Source: a virus. Taken from it: a stretch of DNA of 64,000 bases. The stretch covers positions 29,689 through 93,688 of the IMG/VR virus record IMGVR_UViG_3300023210_000017; one strand, written 5' to 3'. The notes beneath the pieces were generated by a model. That model did not search any database, was not told the DNA's origin, and worked only from the letters and a program-made list of their open reading frames with translations. Below, piece after piece: positions 37,253-47,087 of this stretch (its first letter is position 1; every line of letters begins with the position of its first letter). The translations under genes and the position numbers were made by a program.

Positions 37253-39048
37253 TGAATATTTTAACGGATATACTCAGCCTTATAAGGAGAAAGCAATATG
37301 TTTCACAAGCTTTACCCGAAGATGTTATTGTATTGGGTGTACATACAGAGCCTGAAATAGAAGGAATAGCTTCTCCAATTCCTTATAAAAATGTTAAGCT
37401 TATAAAGATTAAAGACTTCGTTGAGCAAAATGAATGCTTACCTGTCAATGTTCCAATTGGAGGTTTAGGATCTGGTGTATTTAGAGATAAAACAATTGAT
37501 CCTTTAACTGATGAGTGTTATATAAACTTTAGAAGGTTAAAATCATTATCTTTAAATTTAATAATTAATGAAAGTCTTGACAATAACTTTGTTGAGTTTA
37601 ATTGCATAGCTGAATTAAATACAGCATCTAATGTTGGTGGTGGATCAAAAGTATTTAAACAAAAAGTTGGAGAAGATCTTGAATTTAGAACTTTAACTTC
37701 TATAGATAATAGTGTAACTATAACTGCAGGTCTTGATACAATTGATTTTGCAACACCCGGATCTTCTGGATATGGAGTATGGTCAATATCAGATGCTTTA
37801 GGTCTAAGAACTTATTATCCTACAGTAACTGATGCATTAGCAGCTGCAGTTGCCTTTGATACAATACATCTACATGCAAATGTAACTGAAACTAGTGTTA
37901 CAGTTATATTAAAAGACAAAGTAAATATTGATTTTAATGGATTTTCATATTTTTATACAAATCCTGATACATCAAGTGCATTTACTGATGATAGTGAAAA
38001 AGTAATAACTAACTTATTTAATGGTCTTATATATAGAGCAGGTTCACCATTAGGTGATGAAACTAATACTGCATGTATAGAAATGCTATCTCAAAGTTCT
38101 GCATTGATTTCTAAAAATACTGAATTTATAAGTACTGAAACTTGGGCTGTAATTACACAGTGTTATACAGAAGGTGTAATTGCATATGGTTATTATGGAG
38201 GAATTGCGCTTAGTGGTTATGTTGAAATAAAAGATTGCATTGGAAAAGGCATTAACCAATCTGGAATTAAAGTATTTGGTGCAATTAAAGAAGGAACCAT
38301 GTTCAATTGTAAAGGTTATTCTTCTAGTGGACCACAACAACATGCTGGAATACATAGTGAATTTGCAAACATGGAAGTTTCAAATTGTTTTGGGTATTGT
38401 GCTAATTTGGGAGATGGTGTTTTTTTAGGAAATTGTCAAAGTACAAGTATTACTGGAATTTCTAAAAAAGGCTCAGGGGTTGTTATATCAGGAAGAAATT
38501 GTACATCAATTACAGGTAAAACATATTCTAATGAAACCCCAGGCTTAAATCTTATAGCAGGTGTTGTATTAATTGATGTAGAAACAGCTACTAATATAAA
38601 TGGAAGTTCTGAAAGTCAGGATAATCCAGGTATAGCTATTGGTCAATATCAATCAGGGCTTGGTGGTTCCGAATGTATTGTTTTAAATGCAAATGGCAAA
38701 GGTAGAGACATTGGATGTTCTATTTATCAAACTCTTGGAGGAGATGGAGCTGCTAATAGATTGATGATTCAGAATAGTAGTTTTCATGCTGAAAGTTTAA
38801 ATAATGCTGTTGCATGCACTATTGAAAAAAATCAAAATTTTGGAAATAGAATAAATATTTTAAATTCATCTTTTACAACAAGTGGGGCTAATGCAATTGG
38901 AATAGAAGGAATTGGTGTTGTAGCACAAGTAAGATATTCTAATTGTTCATTTGCTTTTGGTCTTGATAGTGGTAACAATCCTGCTACTGTTAATGTAACT
39001 CAGCTTATAACTAATACACAAGACAATCAAGGTAATATACTTTTATAA
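37252..39048 (+). CDS. Tail fibre/tailspike protein with a beta-helix-like C-terminal region
   Basis: 'NTASNVGGGSKVFKQKVGEDLEFRTL' fibre repeat, 'YPTVTDALAAA...DTIHL' beta-helix cap, and Gly/Cys/Asn-rich repetitive strands. Confidence 0.7.
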   Translation: MNILTDILSLIRRKQYVSQALPEDVIVLGVHTEPEIEGIASPIPYKNVKLIKIKDFVEQNECLPVNVPIGGLGSGVFRDKTIDPLTDECYINFRRLKSLSLNLIINESLDNNFVEFNCIAELNTASNVGGGSKVFKQKVGEDLEFRTLTSIDNSVTITAGLDTIDFATPGSSGYGVWSISDALGLRTYYPTVTDALAAAVAFDTIHLHANVTETSVTVILKDKVNIDFNGFSYFYTNPDTSSAFTDDSEKVITNLFNGLIYRAGSPLGDETNTACIEMLSQSSALISKNTEFISTETWAVITQCYTEGVIAYGYYGGIALSGYVEIKDCIGKGINQSGIKVFGAIKEGTMFNCKGYSSSGPQQHAGIHSEFANMEVSNCFGYCANLGDGVFLGNCQSTSITGISKKGSGVVISGRNCTSITGKTYSNETPGLNLIAGVVLIDVETATNINGSSESQDNPGIAIGQYQSGLGGSECIVLNANGKGRDIGCSIYQTLGGDGAANRLMIQNSSFHAESLNNAVACTIEKNQNFGNRINILNSSFTTSGANAIGIEGIGVVAQVRYSNCSFAFGLDSGNNPATVNVTQLITNTQDNQGNILL

Positions 39049-39066
39049 TTAAAATTATAGATAAAA

Positions 39067-40002
39067 ATGGCAGTAACAGTATTAACAACGGATATGGCAG
39101 GAGGGGTAAATTACACTCATACTACAGAGATTCCTTTAGATTGGGTCCTTATTCCAAATGATACTTACTTTTATGATTTACAAGATAAAATAGTTTATTA
39201 TAAAGATGGATCTGGTACTATAATTAATGCATATGGGTCGGGCGGTACTGGTTCAGTTACTAGCATTGATACCACAATAGGCGGAACAGCAATTACAGCA
39301 GGTGGAGTACCAATAACAACTAGTGGAACTATAGCTTTTACATATAATGGGGCTGCAACAGATTATATAGATGGAGCTGGAGATTTTCAACCTTTTCCAG
39401 CCATACCAGTTTTACCTGCTAATATAGTAGAAACTGTTACTACAACAGATGGTTCATTTATAGATCTTACACCTAATGCTCCAATAGATGGAGCTGTTAC
39501 AGTAACTGCAGATTTATCTGCTACAGGAACACAAGATACCACTACTTTTTTAGGAGGAGATAATGTTTGGAATATTGCTCTTAAAAGTTTAACTGTAGGA
39601 AATAGTACATTTATAAATTTACAAAATGTAGGTACAGTAAATGTACCTGATATTACGGCTACATTATCTGCTACTGGTACACCAGACGCTACTACATTCT
39701 TAAGAGGAGATAACACATGGGTTACACCTGCAGGTGGCAATATTGTTAGACCTGTTTCTACTACTCAAGTTATATTATCAACTGATCAAACACTTGATTG
39801 CACAAGTACTATAACATTAACTTTGCCCACAGCAGCACTTATAAATGGTAAGATTTACAATATTAAAAATAGTGGTGCTGGAGTTATAACAGTTGATACA
39901 ACATCAGGGCAATTTATAGATGGAACATTAACAAAAACAATAAATGTACAATGGGATAGTATGACAGTACAGTCAACTGGATCTAATTGGATTATTATAT
40001 AA
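39067..40002 (+). CDS. Tail fibre protein
   Basis: Thr/Gly-rich, with a 'GTGSVTSI' motif, duplicated 'LSATGTxDxTTFLxGDNxW' and a C-terminal 'TLTLPTA...GKIYNIKN...IDG' module. Confidence 0.75.
   Translation: MAVTVLTTDMAGGVNYTHTTEIPLDWVLIPNDTYFYDLQDKIVYYKDGSGTIINAYGSGGTGSVTSIDTTIGGTAITAGGVPITTSGTIAFTYNGAATDYIDGAGDFQPFPAIPVLPANIVETVTTTDGSFIDLTPNAPIDGAVTVTADLSATGTQDTTTFLGGDNVWNIALKSLTVGNSTFINLQNVGTVNVPDITATLSATGTPDATTFLRGDNTWVTPAGGNIVRPVSTTQVILSTDQTLDCTSTITLTLPTAALINGKIYNIKNSGAGVITVDTTSGQFIDGTLTKTINVQWDSMTVQSTGSNWIII
39511..39720 (+). repeat. Internal about 60-bp duplicated fibre repeat (LSATGT.D.TTFL.GDN.W)
   Basis: Copies at about 39511-39570 and 39661-39720. Confidence 0.75.
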
Positions 40003-40005
40003 ATT

Positions 40006-42372
40006 ATGAGTTATTTACCAAACATATCAACAGGAAATACTTTATGGGTAGATGCGACCAATGGCGATAATTCTACAGGACTTAGAGGTAAAGGAGATAA
40101 ACCATTTTTAACAATAGAAGCTGCAATTACTGCTTCAATTGCCGGTGATTTAATTTCTGTTAGACCAGGAACATATCCTGAAGAAGGTTTAAACATATCT
40201 GGAATATCTTTAATATCAACAGGACAGTGGGAACATACAATTATAGGTCCTGCACCAGCTGTTATTACACAAGATGTTATAACAATTGGCGATGAAGGAT
40301 ATCTTCAGGGATTTAGCATTAATGTTCCTAGTGGTGCATTTAATGCAATAAATTGCAATCAAGCAAGCGGAACAAATTCAATATACGATGTAGCATTTTA
40401 TGGGAGTGGTGTATTAGCCGGTCTTGGAACGGCATTAAATAGAGAAGGTGGTGGAAAAACAATAGGTGGTAATATTAGAGTAGAAGGAGGTGGTATGTTA
40501 AATGCATTAAGAGTAGATTCTGGTGTATTAGCTTTAGAAGGCATACATGTACCTCAATCTGGAGGTGCTATAACCAATGTTCTTTTATGTACAGTTAATG
40601 CAGGACAAACTACTGGTGGTAGAGCTCAAATGATAGGATTTAATTCGGGTTCTACAAATGTAACTAATGGTATTAGAATAGAAGGTGGAGTTTCAGGACT
40701 TACTTTTAATCCAACAGCCTTAATATTTACAGCAAATATATTTAATTGTACTAATGCCTTAAGTACAGATGGTGTTTATTTAATTGCTAATTTACTTGGA
40801 GGAAGAATTGAAAATGTTACTTATGCTGTTAGTGTGGATATTGGAGCAACAGGAGTTGGAATAGAAGATTCAACTTACAGATTAACATGCAATCATCAAC
40901 CTAATTATTTTTATAATCCAGAAGTTGCAAATAAGGCTGAGTTTTCTTTAAATTTTACACAAGAACGTACAGATACATTTGATTCAAGTTTTAATATATT
41001 TGGAGCAGATCAGCTATCAGTAGGTTTTTCTGAAAAAGGAACAGAATCTCATTTTGGTAAAGGTGCTCCATTTACAACTGGAATGGTTGTTCTTAATGCT
41101 ACTGATTGTGTTCTTGCAAATACTGCTACCGATATAACAGATATAACGGTAGATGCTTTAAGTAAAGATGGTAGTTCTTTTGGGTTTCAAACAGCTGTTG
41201 CAAATAATGGTATATATATAGGCTCATTTAGAAAAGATGGTTTTGGAAATCCTTTACCATTTTATGGATTTGAATTATTTACAATTACTGGAGCTTTAGG
41301 GAACGTTGGTGATTATATAATTGAAACTTGGGATGGAACAGGTTGGAAAACAATTAATGCTATGAGTACTTCTAGTGAAGAAGGTTATCCTTATAGTATA
41401 AATCATTTTTTAAGATCTGATTCACAAGAATTTGTTAGAGCTGGAATAACTAACACTGCTTTTTATGAACCTACTGGATCTTATGGTATAATTGAAAATT
41501 CAAATTGGCAATCAGTATCTGTTACTCCAACAGCAGGACCTTTAAGTGGCGTTGCAATAAATTCTTATTGGTTAAGAATAAAAACTATAGTACCTGAAGG
41601 AGGTGGTGTTACATATCCAACATTTGAACAATTTAAAATAACAGATAGTTCATTTAATGTTTCTAAAAATGGTATACCATATGGTACTGGCTTAGGAATG
41701 TTTGTAAAAACAATATCTTTAAGTGGTAGACTATGGTCTAGTAATATTGCTGGAATGGGTGTAGTAGACTTAGAAAATTATGCAAAAGTAGTAGGAAATA
41801 CTACAGGAGATAATTGGACACATGAAATTAATTTTTCACAAATGGCACAAAACGATGAAATTAATATTCAATTTCCAATTCCAATAGGAACATGTACAGC
41901 ATATCCAATAAAAATAAAATGTGTACTTAATTTTGAAGAAAGTCAAAACAATCTTACTGATTTAGCAAGCGATCCTGTGACACTAACAATAAATACTTTA
42001 CCACAAACTAGTAGTAATAATTTTGTTGCAGATCCTAGTGGAGGAAAAACTTTAGTTAGAAGAAATTTTTCAGTTGCAAATGAATTATCTGCATCTGGAT
42101 CAAGAGATCCTCTTGTTGTTGTAAAAACAATTAATGGAAGTACAGTTCCAACTGTAATTGAAGGTGCTATTGGAACTACATTATGGAGTGATTTAGAAAA
42201 CTTAACTCATGAAATAGAATTGTGTGAAATTGATGTATCTTCTCTTTATGAAAATGATGTAATTCTTTTAAATGTTAACTATACTGATGATCCTACAAAC
42301 GGTGATTTGTTAATTACTCCATTTACTTTAATAGTAGAAGGTGTTTTTCATCAAGATGGAGCAGGTATATGA
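40006..42372 (+). CDS. Tailspike / receptor-binding protein with a right-handed beta-helix (possible polysaccharide depolymerase)
   Basis: N-terminal 'WVDATNGDNSTG...KPFLTIEAAI...GDLISVRPGTYPE' is a DUF1565/pectin-lyase-like cap, followed by Gly-rich beta repeats. Confidence 0.7.
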   Translation: MSYLPNISTGNTLWVDATNGDNSTGLRGKGDKPFLTIEAAITASIAGDLISVRPGTYPEEGLNISGISLISTGQWEHTIIGPAPAVITQDVITIGDEGYLQGFSINVPSGAFNAINCNQASGTNSIYDVAFYGSGVLAGLGTALNREGGGKTIGGNIRVEGGGMLNALRVDSGVLALEGIHVPQSGGAITNVLLCTVNAGQTTGGRAQMIGFNSGSTNVTNGIRIEGGVSGLTFNPTALIFTANIFNCTNALSTDGVYLIANLLGGRIENVTYAVSVDIGATGVGIEDSTYRLTCNHQPNYFYNPEVANKAEFSLNFTQERTDTFDSSFNIFGADQLSVGFSEKGTESHFGKGAPFTTGMVVLNATDCVLANTATDITDITVDALSKDGSSFGFQTAVANNGIYIGSFRKDGFGNPLPFYGFELFTITGALGNVGDYIIETWDGTGWKTINAMSTSSEEGYPYSINHFLRSDSQEFVRAGITNTAFYEPTGSYGIIENSNWQSVSVTPTAGPLSGVAINSYWLRIKTIVPEGGGVTYPTFEQFKITDSSFNVSKNGIPYGTGLGMFVKTISLSGRLWSSNIAGMGVVDLENYAKVVGNTTGDNWTHEINFSQMAQNDEINIQFPIPIGTCTAYPIKIKCVLNFEESQNNLTDLASDPVTLTINTLPQTSSNNFVADPSGGKTLVRRNFSVANELSASGSRDPLVVVKTINGSTVPTVIEGAIGTTLWSDLENLTHEIELCEIDVSSLYENDVILLNVNYTDDPTNGDLLITPFTLIVEGVFHQDGAGI

Positions 42373-42776
42373 TCTTAGAAAAAAATTTAAACATTGAAAT
42401 AAGAAAAAGCATACTTCATGGATGGGGTGTATTTGCTATTAATGATATTTCAAAAAATACTTTATTAGAAGAATGTCATGGTTTATTTCTTTCTACGGAA
42501 GACTTTAAAAAAATAAAATCTATTTCAGGAATTGGTTGTAATAGTTTTACAATAGATAAAGATAAAATAATGATACCATATGGTTATGGCGCAATATATA
42601 ATTCTAAGAAAGATAAGACTGTTACAACAAAATTTAATAAAGAAAAAAAAACATTAGATTTTTATACTATAAAAGATATAAATGCTAATGAAGAATTGTT
42701 TCTTAATTATGAATTTGCAAGACTAATCTATAAACAAGAAGGTATAGAAATACAAAAAGAGCCCACTAGAACATAA
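42369..42776 (+). CDS. SET-domain protein (lysine methyltransferase-like)
   Basis: 'IRKSILHGWGVFAINDI', 'GYGAIYNS' and 'TIKDINANEELFLNY' match SET motifs; ATGA overlap with the tailspike gene. Confidence 0.8.
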   Translation: MILEKNLNIEIRKSILHGWGVFAINDISKNTLLEECHGLFLSTEDFKKIKSISGIGCNSFTIDKDKIMIPYGYGAIYNSKKDKTVTTKFNKEKKTLDFYTIKDINANEELFLNYEFARLIYKQEGIEIQKEPTRT

Positions 42777-42788
42777 TAACTAGCGGGT
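42754..42788 (-). terminator. Intrinsic terminator for the - strand replication unit
   Basis: Minus strand CCCGCTAG-(10 nt)-CTAGTGGG, with one G-U pair, followed by CTCTTTTT. Confidence 0.5.
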
Positions 42789-42826
42789 TGGTTTCTCTTT
42801 TCATACCTTTCTTTCAGAAAATGTTT

Positions 42827-42910
42827 TTAATATCTATCTTGTCTTGTAGCTATAAGATAGATAATACCCATGGCTATAAAAGCCTTTAATATTAAGCCTA
42901 TTATAATCAA
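42827..42910 (-). CDS. Possible 27-aa transmembrane peptide
   Basis: TTG start overlapping the upstream TGA; (M)IIIGLILKAFIAMGIIYLIATRQDRY*. Confidence 0.3.
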   Translation of the reverse strand: MIIIGLILKAFIAMGIIYLIATRQDRY

Positions 42911-43872
42911 ATTTCAAAATCAAATGAGTTATCTTCTAATTCTCTTTCTTCAATGATTTCTTCATTTTTAATCATGTCAGCTTCTTCAGTAGCCTCACCA
43001 AATTCTTCAACTTGCTGTTCTTCTACTAAGTCATAAGTCTCTTCCATAGTAGGAGGAGTTTCTTCTGAATCTAACATAACATCACTTTCATTTTGATCTA
43101 CAACGCTATTTGTATTAATTGTATCTGTATTTATAATACCCATACCTTTTAATACATTTGCTGTCATAAAATCATGAAAGTTTTTGGTATCACTTAACCA
43201 AGATCTTGGATGAACACTTTTATAAGCATGCGTTACATGGTTGTAAAAAGCCCAGGCATTATCTTGATCTGCTTGATAGTCAAAAGATGGCTTATCCATT
43301 TCATCTTTAACAGTACTCATTTGTCTAGCACTGATTAAATCTTCATTAAAAAACATTCTACCTAATAATTCAGCTTGTTCTTTTTCTGATAATGTAACTG
43401 TTCTTAGTGCATCTTTATCTTTTTTGATTCTATCAAATGCTTTTTGAGCATTTTTGATTTGACTAGATATTTGCATTTTAATTTCTTGATCTGCGGTCCC
43501 TGTATGCTTTCTAGCATAATTAAGTTCCCCGCATACCATTCCATTAGAACAAGCCATTACATAAGCTCCTAATGCACACTGAAACCTTATAGACTTATCA
43601 TAAGAGTTTGTCCAAGCAAACATCATCCCTAAATCAGCATCTGTTGAATTTTCAGGATTATGTATAGATTTTATATGATATATACCTTGAGCAACTTGAC
43701 CCATGCCATTTGCTCTATAATATTCATGTGTAATAATAAAGCCGCTATTAGCCAGCATTTGTTTTGTTGTATCTATCACTTGTTTATGTGATATAACAGT
43801 GTATGTACTACCATGATTTGGTAGTGGTGCATTGAGAACATAACTTTTCTCTACATTAGTTTTACTTTTCAT
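42907..43872 (-). CDS. DUF932/DUF945-like protein with an acidic tail
   Basis: 'YTVISH', 'NSYDKSIRF...GAYVMACSNGMV...RKHTG' and 'AWAFYNHVT' are typical of the family. Confidence 0.8.
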   Translation of the reverse strand: MKSKTNVEKSYVLNAPLPNHGSTYTVISHKQVIDTTKQMLANSGFIITHEYYRANGMGQVAQGIYHIKSIHNPENSTDADLGMMFAWTNSYDKSIRFQCALGAYVMACSNGMVCGELNYARKHTGTADQEIKMQISSQIKNAQKAFDRIKKDKDALRTVTLSEKEQAELLGRMFFNEDLISARQMSTVKDEMDKPSFDYQADQDNAWAFYNHVTHAYKSVHPRSWLSDTKNFHDFMTANVLKGMGIINTDTINTNSVVDQNESDVMLDSEETPPTMEETYDLVEEQQVEEFGEATEEADMIKNEEIIEERELEDNSFDFEI

Positions 43873-43891
43873 ATTTTAAACTTTATAAGTG

Positions 43892-43901
43892 TAAATGTAT
43901 A
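43892..43901 (-). promoter_or_regulatory. Putative promoter TATACATTTA (Bacteroidota TAnnTTTG-like -7 element)
   Basis: 19 nt upstream of the DUF932 start; resembles the motifs at 35769 and 59990. Confidence 0.45.
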
Positions 43902-43925
43902 AATTATTTTAATTTATTCCAAATT

Positions 43926-44009
43926 TTATTCAATAATTATATATGCAGTTATTGCTAATATTAAAATCATTATTATAAATGATAATATTCTATGTCTTAA
44001 TTCTTTCAT
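43926..44009 (-). CDS. 27-aa single-pass membrane peptide (not in ORF track)
   Basis: TAATG overlap with the PolB stop; MKELRHRILSFIIMILILAITAYIIIE*. Confidence 0.45.
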   Translation of the reverse strand: MKELRHRILSFIIMILILAITAYIIIE

Positions 44010-46009
44010 TAAAATAATTTTAATTGATTAATGCTTGCAGATAAAATATTATTTATTTCAGATTCAATAGCTTTGCTATAGTATGCTTTATTAATATTAT
44101 AATCTTCCCATTTAAGCTTAAGCTTTATATTATTATATATTGCTTGTTCCCAAATACCAGCTTCACACTGTATCTCTCTTCCATCATCTTTATTGACTTT
44201 GATCATTTTAACACTTTCTTTGCCAGATTTAGATATATAATATCTATTTATTTTTTGAAGATTTTTTTCTGAGTATACACCATCATCAATTGATCTTGAA
44301 ACTTGTTTCCAAGCTCCTTTTGATTTCATTCCAATGCAGTAATCAAGTATATTTTTATTTTGATTTAAATAATCTTCAGGAAGAATATCTTTAACAAAGT
44401 AATTATATATTGCTTTAGGAACTACAAGCTTTGACTTATTCTTATGAAGAGCTAAATCATGGAAATTAAACCTTCCTTTAAGCTTAACTGCAGCATACAT
44501 AAACTGTGATCCTTTTACTTTAAATAAATAATGGGGATTACTTTCTTTAATTTTTCTCCAGTTAGTTAAATCAATCTCTTTATATTCATTTACGGCTATG
44601 TAATTATTTACATCTCCTAATATGATTTTTTCATAAGTATCATGTTCTAAATTTAACTTAGTTAAATCTTCCCATTCTTTACAAATTTCTAAATAAAGAT
44701 CTTTTTTATTTCTAGGAATTCTAATTTCAACTCCATCTGTATTTTGCAATAAACCAAATGCTTCCGGTATCCTTTCACATATCATTTCATATAGCATCAT
44801 CAAACTTAATTGACCATTCAATGTTATACGCATGCATAGTTCTGGATCATAAAAGAAACTATTCTCTTCATTACTTAAGCCAAATATGCAATTAAGTATA
44901 ATCTTATATACGTAATTCATAGGATTAGACTTTGGAATTGCCACTCTTTCATCAAAAATCCATTCATATAGCTCACAAAACTCTTCTTTTGGAAAATGAG
45001 CGGGTGCCCAATTGTTTCTAATAACTAAATTAGGATAGAAACTGGTAACATCTGAAGACATTATAATATGATCTTCATCTGATTTATATACACCACTCTT
45101 TCTAGCACCATGGATGCCACCTAAAGCAAAAGTTGTATGAACACCTTTATGTTCCAACTTATATTTAAATTGACCTTTAAGACTCATTGCATCAAGCTCC
45201 AAAGAATTAAATCTTATTAAAGCCTGTTGAAATACAGGAGATGTGAACTTTATATAAGGAAGTATTAAATCTTCAACTTTAATTATAGATCTATATGTTT
45301 TCCTTTGTTTTATTTCACGTTCACCTACATTTAATTTTCTACTTAAAAAATATGCAAACAACTCTTTAGCAATTTTTGGTTCAGAAGCACTAAATAAATT
45401 AATATTATACTCAGAGGTCAACTCTTTACGTAATTTAATTTGTGATTGAGATCTATTATAAATCTCTTTAGTAGAAGTTACATCATTAATGCAATAACCA
45501 ATAATCATATCTAACTCTTCTTGGGTTTCAATTGGTGTAGTATGGTCAATAGGCATTTCTTGCATATTTTCCCAATCCATGCTATATTGAATCCATTTAA
45601 GGCTAGATCTTTTAGCCGGATTATCCCAATGATGCATTTTAAATAAATCAATTTGACCTATTGTCATATGCCATGGTGCATAAACTCCAAACTCTCTTCT
45701 ATTTTGTCTAGCTATTGTTTCTTGAGCAAATGCATAAATAGCTTCACCTATTGCACATCCAGACATGTTCTCCCATAATTGAGCATTATTCATTATATGG
45801 TGAGTGACTTGGGCATCAAAGGCTAAACCATTATAGGATATATGCCACTCTTTGTTTTCTTTATTGTGTTCTAAGAACTCAACGAAATCTTTAAGATCAT
45901 TTTGTAGATCATGTATGACAAAAATCTTCCTTTCAGAAGTTTTATAATGTTCAAACACAGCCACAAAACAATTACGCAAAGTTTCATAATCCATTACATA
46001 ATGATTCAT
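44009..46009 (-). CDS. polB: DNA polymerase family B with 3'-5' exonuclease
   Basis: Exo motifs DYET, YNGLAFD and YCINDV; polymerase motifs DVTSFYP, KIILNCIFG and NTDG. Confidence 0.92.
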   Translation of the reverse strand: MNHYVMDYETLRNCFVAVFEHYKTSERKIFVIHDLQNDLKDFVEFLEHNKENKEWHISYNGLAFDAQVTHHIMNNAQLWENMSGCAIGEAIYAFAQETIARQNRREFGVYAPWHMTIGQIDLFKMHHWDNPAKRSSLKWIQYSMDWENMQEMPIDHTTPIETQEELDMIIGYCINDVTSTKEIYNRSQSQIKLRKELTSEYNINLFSASEPKIAKELFAYFLSRKLNVGEREIKQRKTYRSIIKVEDLILPYIKFTSPVFQQALIRFNSLELDAMSLKGQFKYKLEHKGVHTTFALGGIHGARKSGVYKSDEDHIIMSSDVTSFYPNLVIRNNWAPAHFPKEEFCELYEWIFDERVAIPKSNPMNYVYKIILNCIFGLSNEENSFFYDPELCMRITLNGQLSLMMLYEMICERIPEAFGLLQNTDGVEIRIPRNKKDLYLEICKEWEDLTKLNLEHDTYEKIILGDVNNYIAVNEYKEIDLTNWRKIKESNPHYLFKVKGSQFMYAAVKLKGRFNFHDLALHKNKSKLVVPKAIYNYFVKDILPEDYLNQNKNILDYCIGMKSKGAWKQVSRSIDDGVYSEKNLQKINRYYISKSGKESVKMIKVNKDDGREIQCEAGIWEQAIYNNIKLKLKWEDYNINKAYYSKAIESEINNILSASINQLKLF

Positions 46010-46026
46010 ATTTTTAATTTTAAGAC

Positions 46027-46058
46027 AAAAAAAAAGGCTGAATAAACAGCCTTCTTTT
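46027..46058. terminator. Intrinsic terminator
   Basis: AAGGCTG-AATAAA-CAGCCTT stem with a 9-A run on one side (U tract on the - strand) and TTCTTTT on the other. Confidence 0.8.
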
Positions 46059-46076
46059 GTAAGTTTAGATTAAATT

Positions 46077-46496
46077 CTAAGTTGGTAATATAAGAGGAGA
46101 TTTTTTAGTTTCTTTCTCTTCAATGTTAAGAAATTGATCATAATCAAATGATTCAGCATTAATTGCAAATAAATTAATGAAATTCTTAATTTCTTCTTTT
46201 TCTACAATATAAACTTCAGAAAAAGTTTCTACAGTCATTCTTTGTTCTTTATGAACTTTACCAGTTTCTTTGTTAGGAACTTTAAGCCTTTGAGGTTGAC
46301 CACTCTCATCCAATCTTGGCATCATATGGAAAGATTGTTTTCTAATTTTTGTTATAACAGCAATAATTCCTGAACTAGGATCAAACATTGCTTCAACATA
46401 TGGGCAGTCATCATTGACTGGCATTAAACTAAATGATTTAACATTTCTAAAAACTGATGAAATTAACATCATGTTTTGACCTATTTGGTTTTTCAT
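46077..46496 (-). CDS. Hypothetical phage protein (139 aa)
   Basis: Co-oriented, tightly packed ORF; no recognisable motif. Confidence 0.7.
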   Translation of the reverse strand: MKNQIGQNMMLISSVFRNVKSFSLMPVNDDCPYVEAMFDPSSGIIAVITKIRKQSFHMMPRLDESGQPQRLKVPNKETGKVHKEQRMTVETFSEVYIVEKEEIKNFINLFAINAESFDYDQFLNIEEKETKKSPLILPT

Positions 46497-46498
46497 AC

Positions 46499-47086
46499 TT
46501 ATTGATTTGTTTTTTCCAAATGTATTAATTTATTTTCAAGTTCCAATACTTCATCTGGTATTTTTTCAAATAAAGTTTCTTTTTCTATATCAGGAATGCT
46601 GCATATTTCATAAACTTCTCTTATTAAGTCTACATGCACTAAAAGTGCTTCAGCGTATACTTCATGGTATTCTTCAGGGTTTAAATAACTTTTAATATAG
46701 CTGCTAATTTTACCCACTTTACCAAAATAATTTAATATTTTATTTTTGCAGTTTATAGAAAATTTTGAATAATACCCATTAATAAACATTTCATAATCAT
46801 GCTTATGTTCTGAATAATCAAAAACATAAACATGTCTATCTTCACTTAAGCTAAATGATAATTCATAGTTATCAAGATGCTTTAACACATTATCTTCAAA
46901 TAATTTATATTTTTTATCTTTTTTTGCATTGTAGATGCATATATATTTGCAATCTTCAGCAGTATAAAGCTTATCCCAACAGATGTATGTTTCTATTGGG
47001 ACATACTCTTTACCTTTGCTAATGCCTAAAAGAGGATATAAAAAAATTTTTGATTTTTGAAAATAATGTGTATAAGCACTTATCAT
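46499..47086 (-). CDS. Hypothetical protein (195 aa) adjacent to the exonuclease
   Basis: Tightly coupled ORF with 'FLYPLLG' N-terminus and 'GYYSKFS'; function not recognisable. Confidence 0.7.
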   Translation of the reverse strand: MISAYTHYFQKSKIFLYPLLGISKGKEYVPIETYICWDKLYTAEDCKYICIYNAKKDKKYKLFEDNVLKHLDNYELSFSLSEDRHVYVFDYSEHKHDYEMFINGYYSKFSINCKNKILNYFGKVGKISSYIKSYLNPEEYHEVYAEALLVHVDLIREVYEICSIPDIEKETLFEKIPDEVLELENKLIHLEKTNQ

Positions 47087-47087
47087 A

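Noticed and set aside
39511-39720. Diversity-generating retroelement template/variable repeat pair in the tail fibre
   Set aside because: The differences are not adenine-specific, both copies are in-frame protein repeats, and there is no reverse transcriptase in the window.
12196-46009. Inteins or group I/II introns in RNAP, RNR or PolB
   Set aside because: No C...HN-C/S/T splice junctions, LAGLIDADG/HNH motifs or frame breaks were seen, and RNR and PolB are of normal length.
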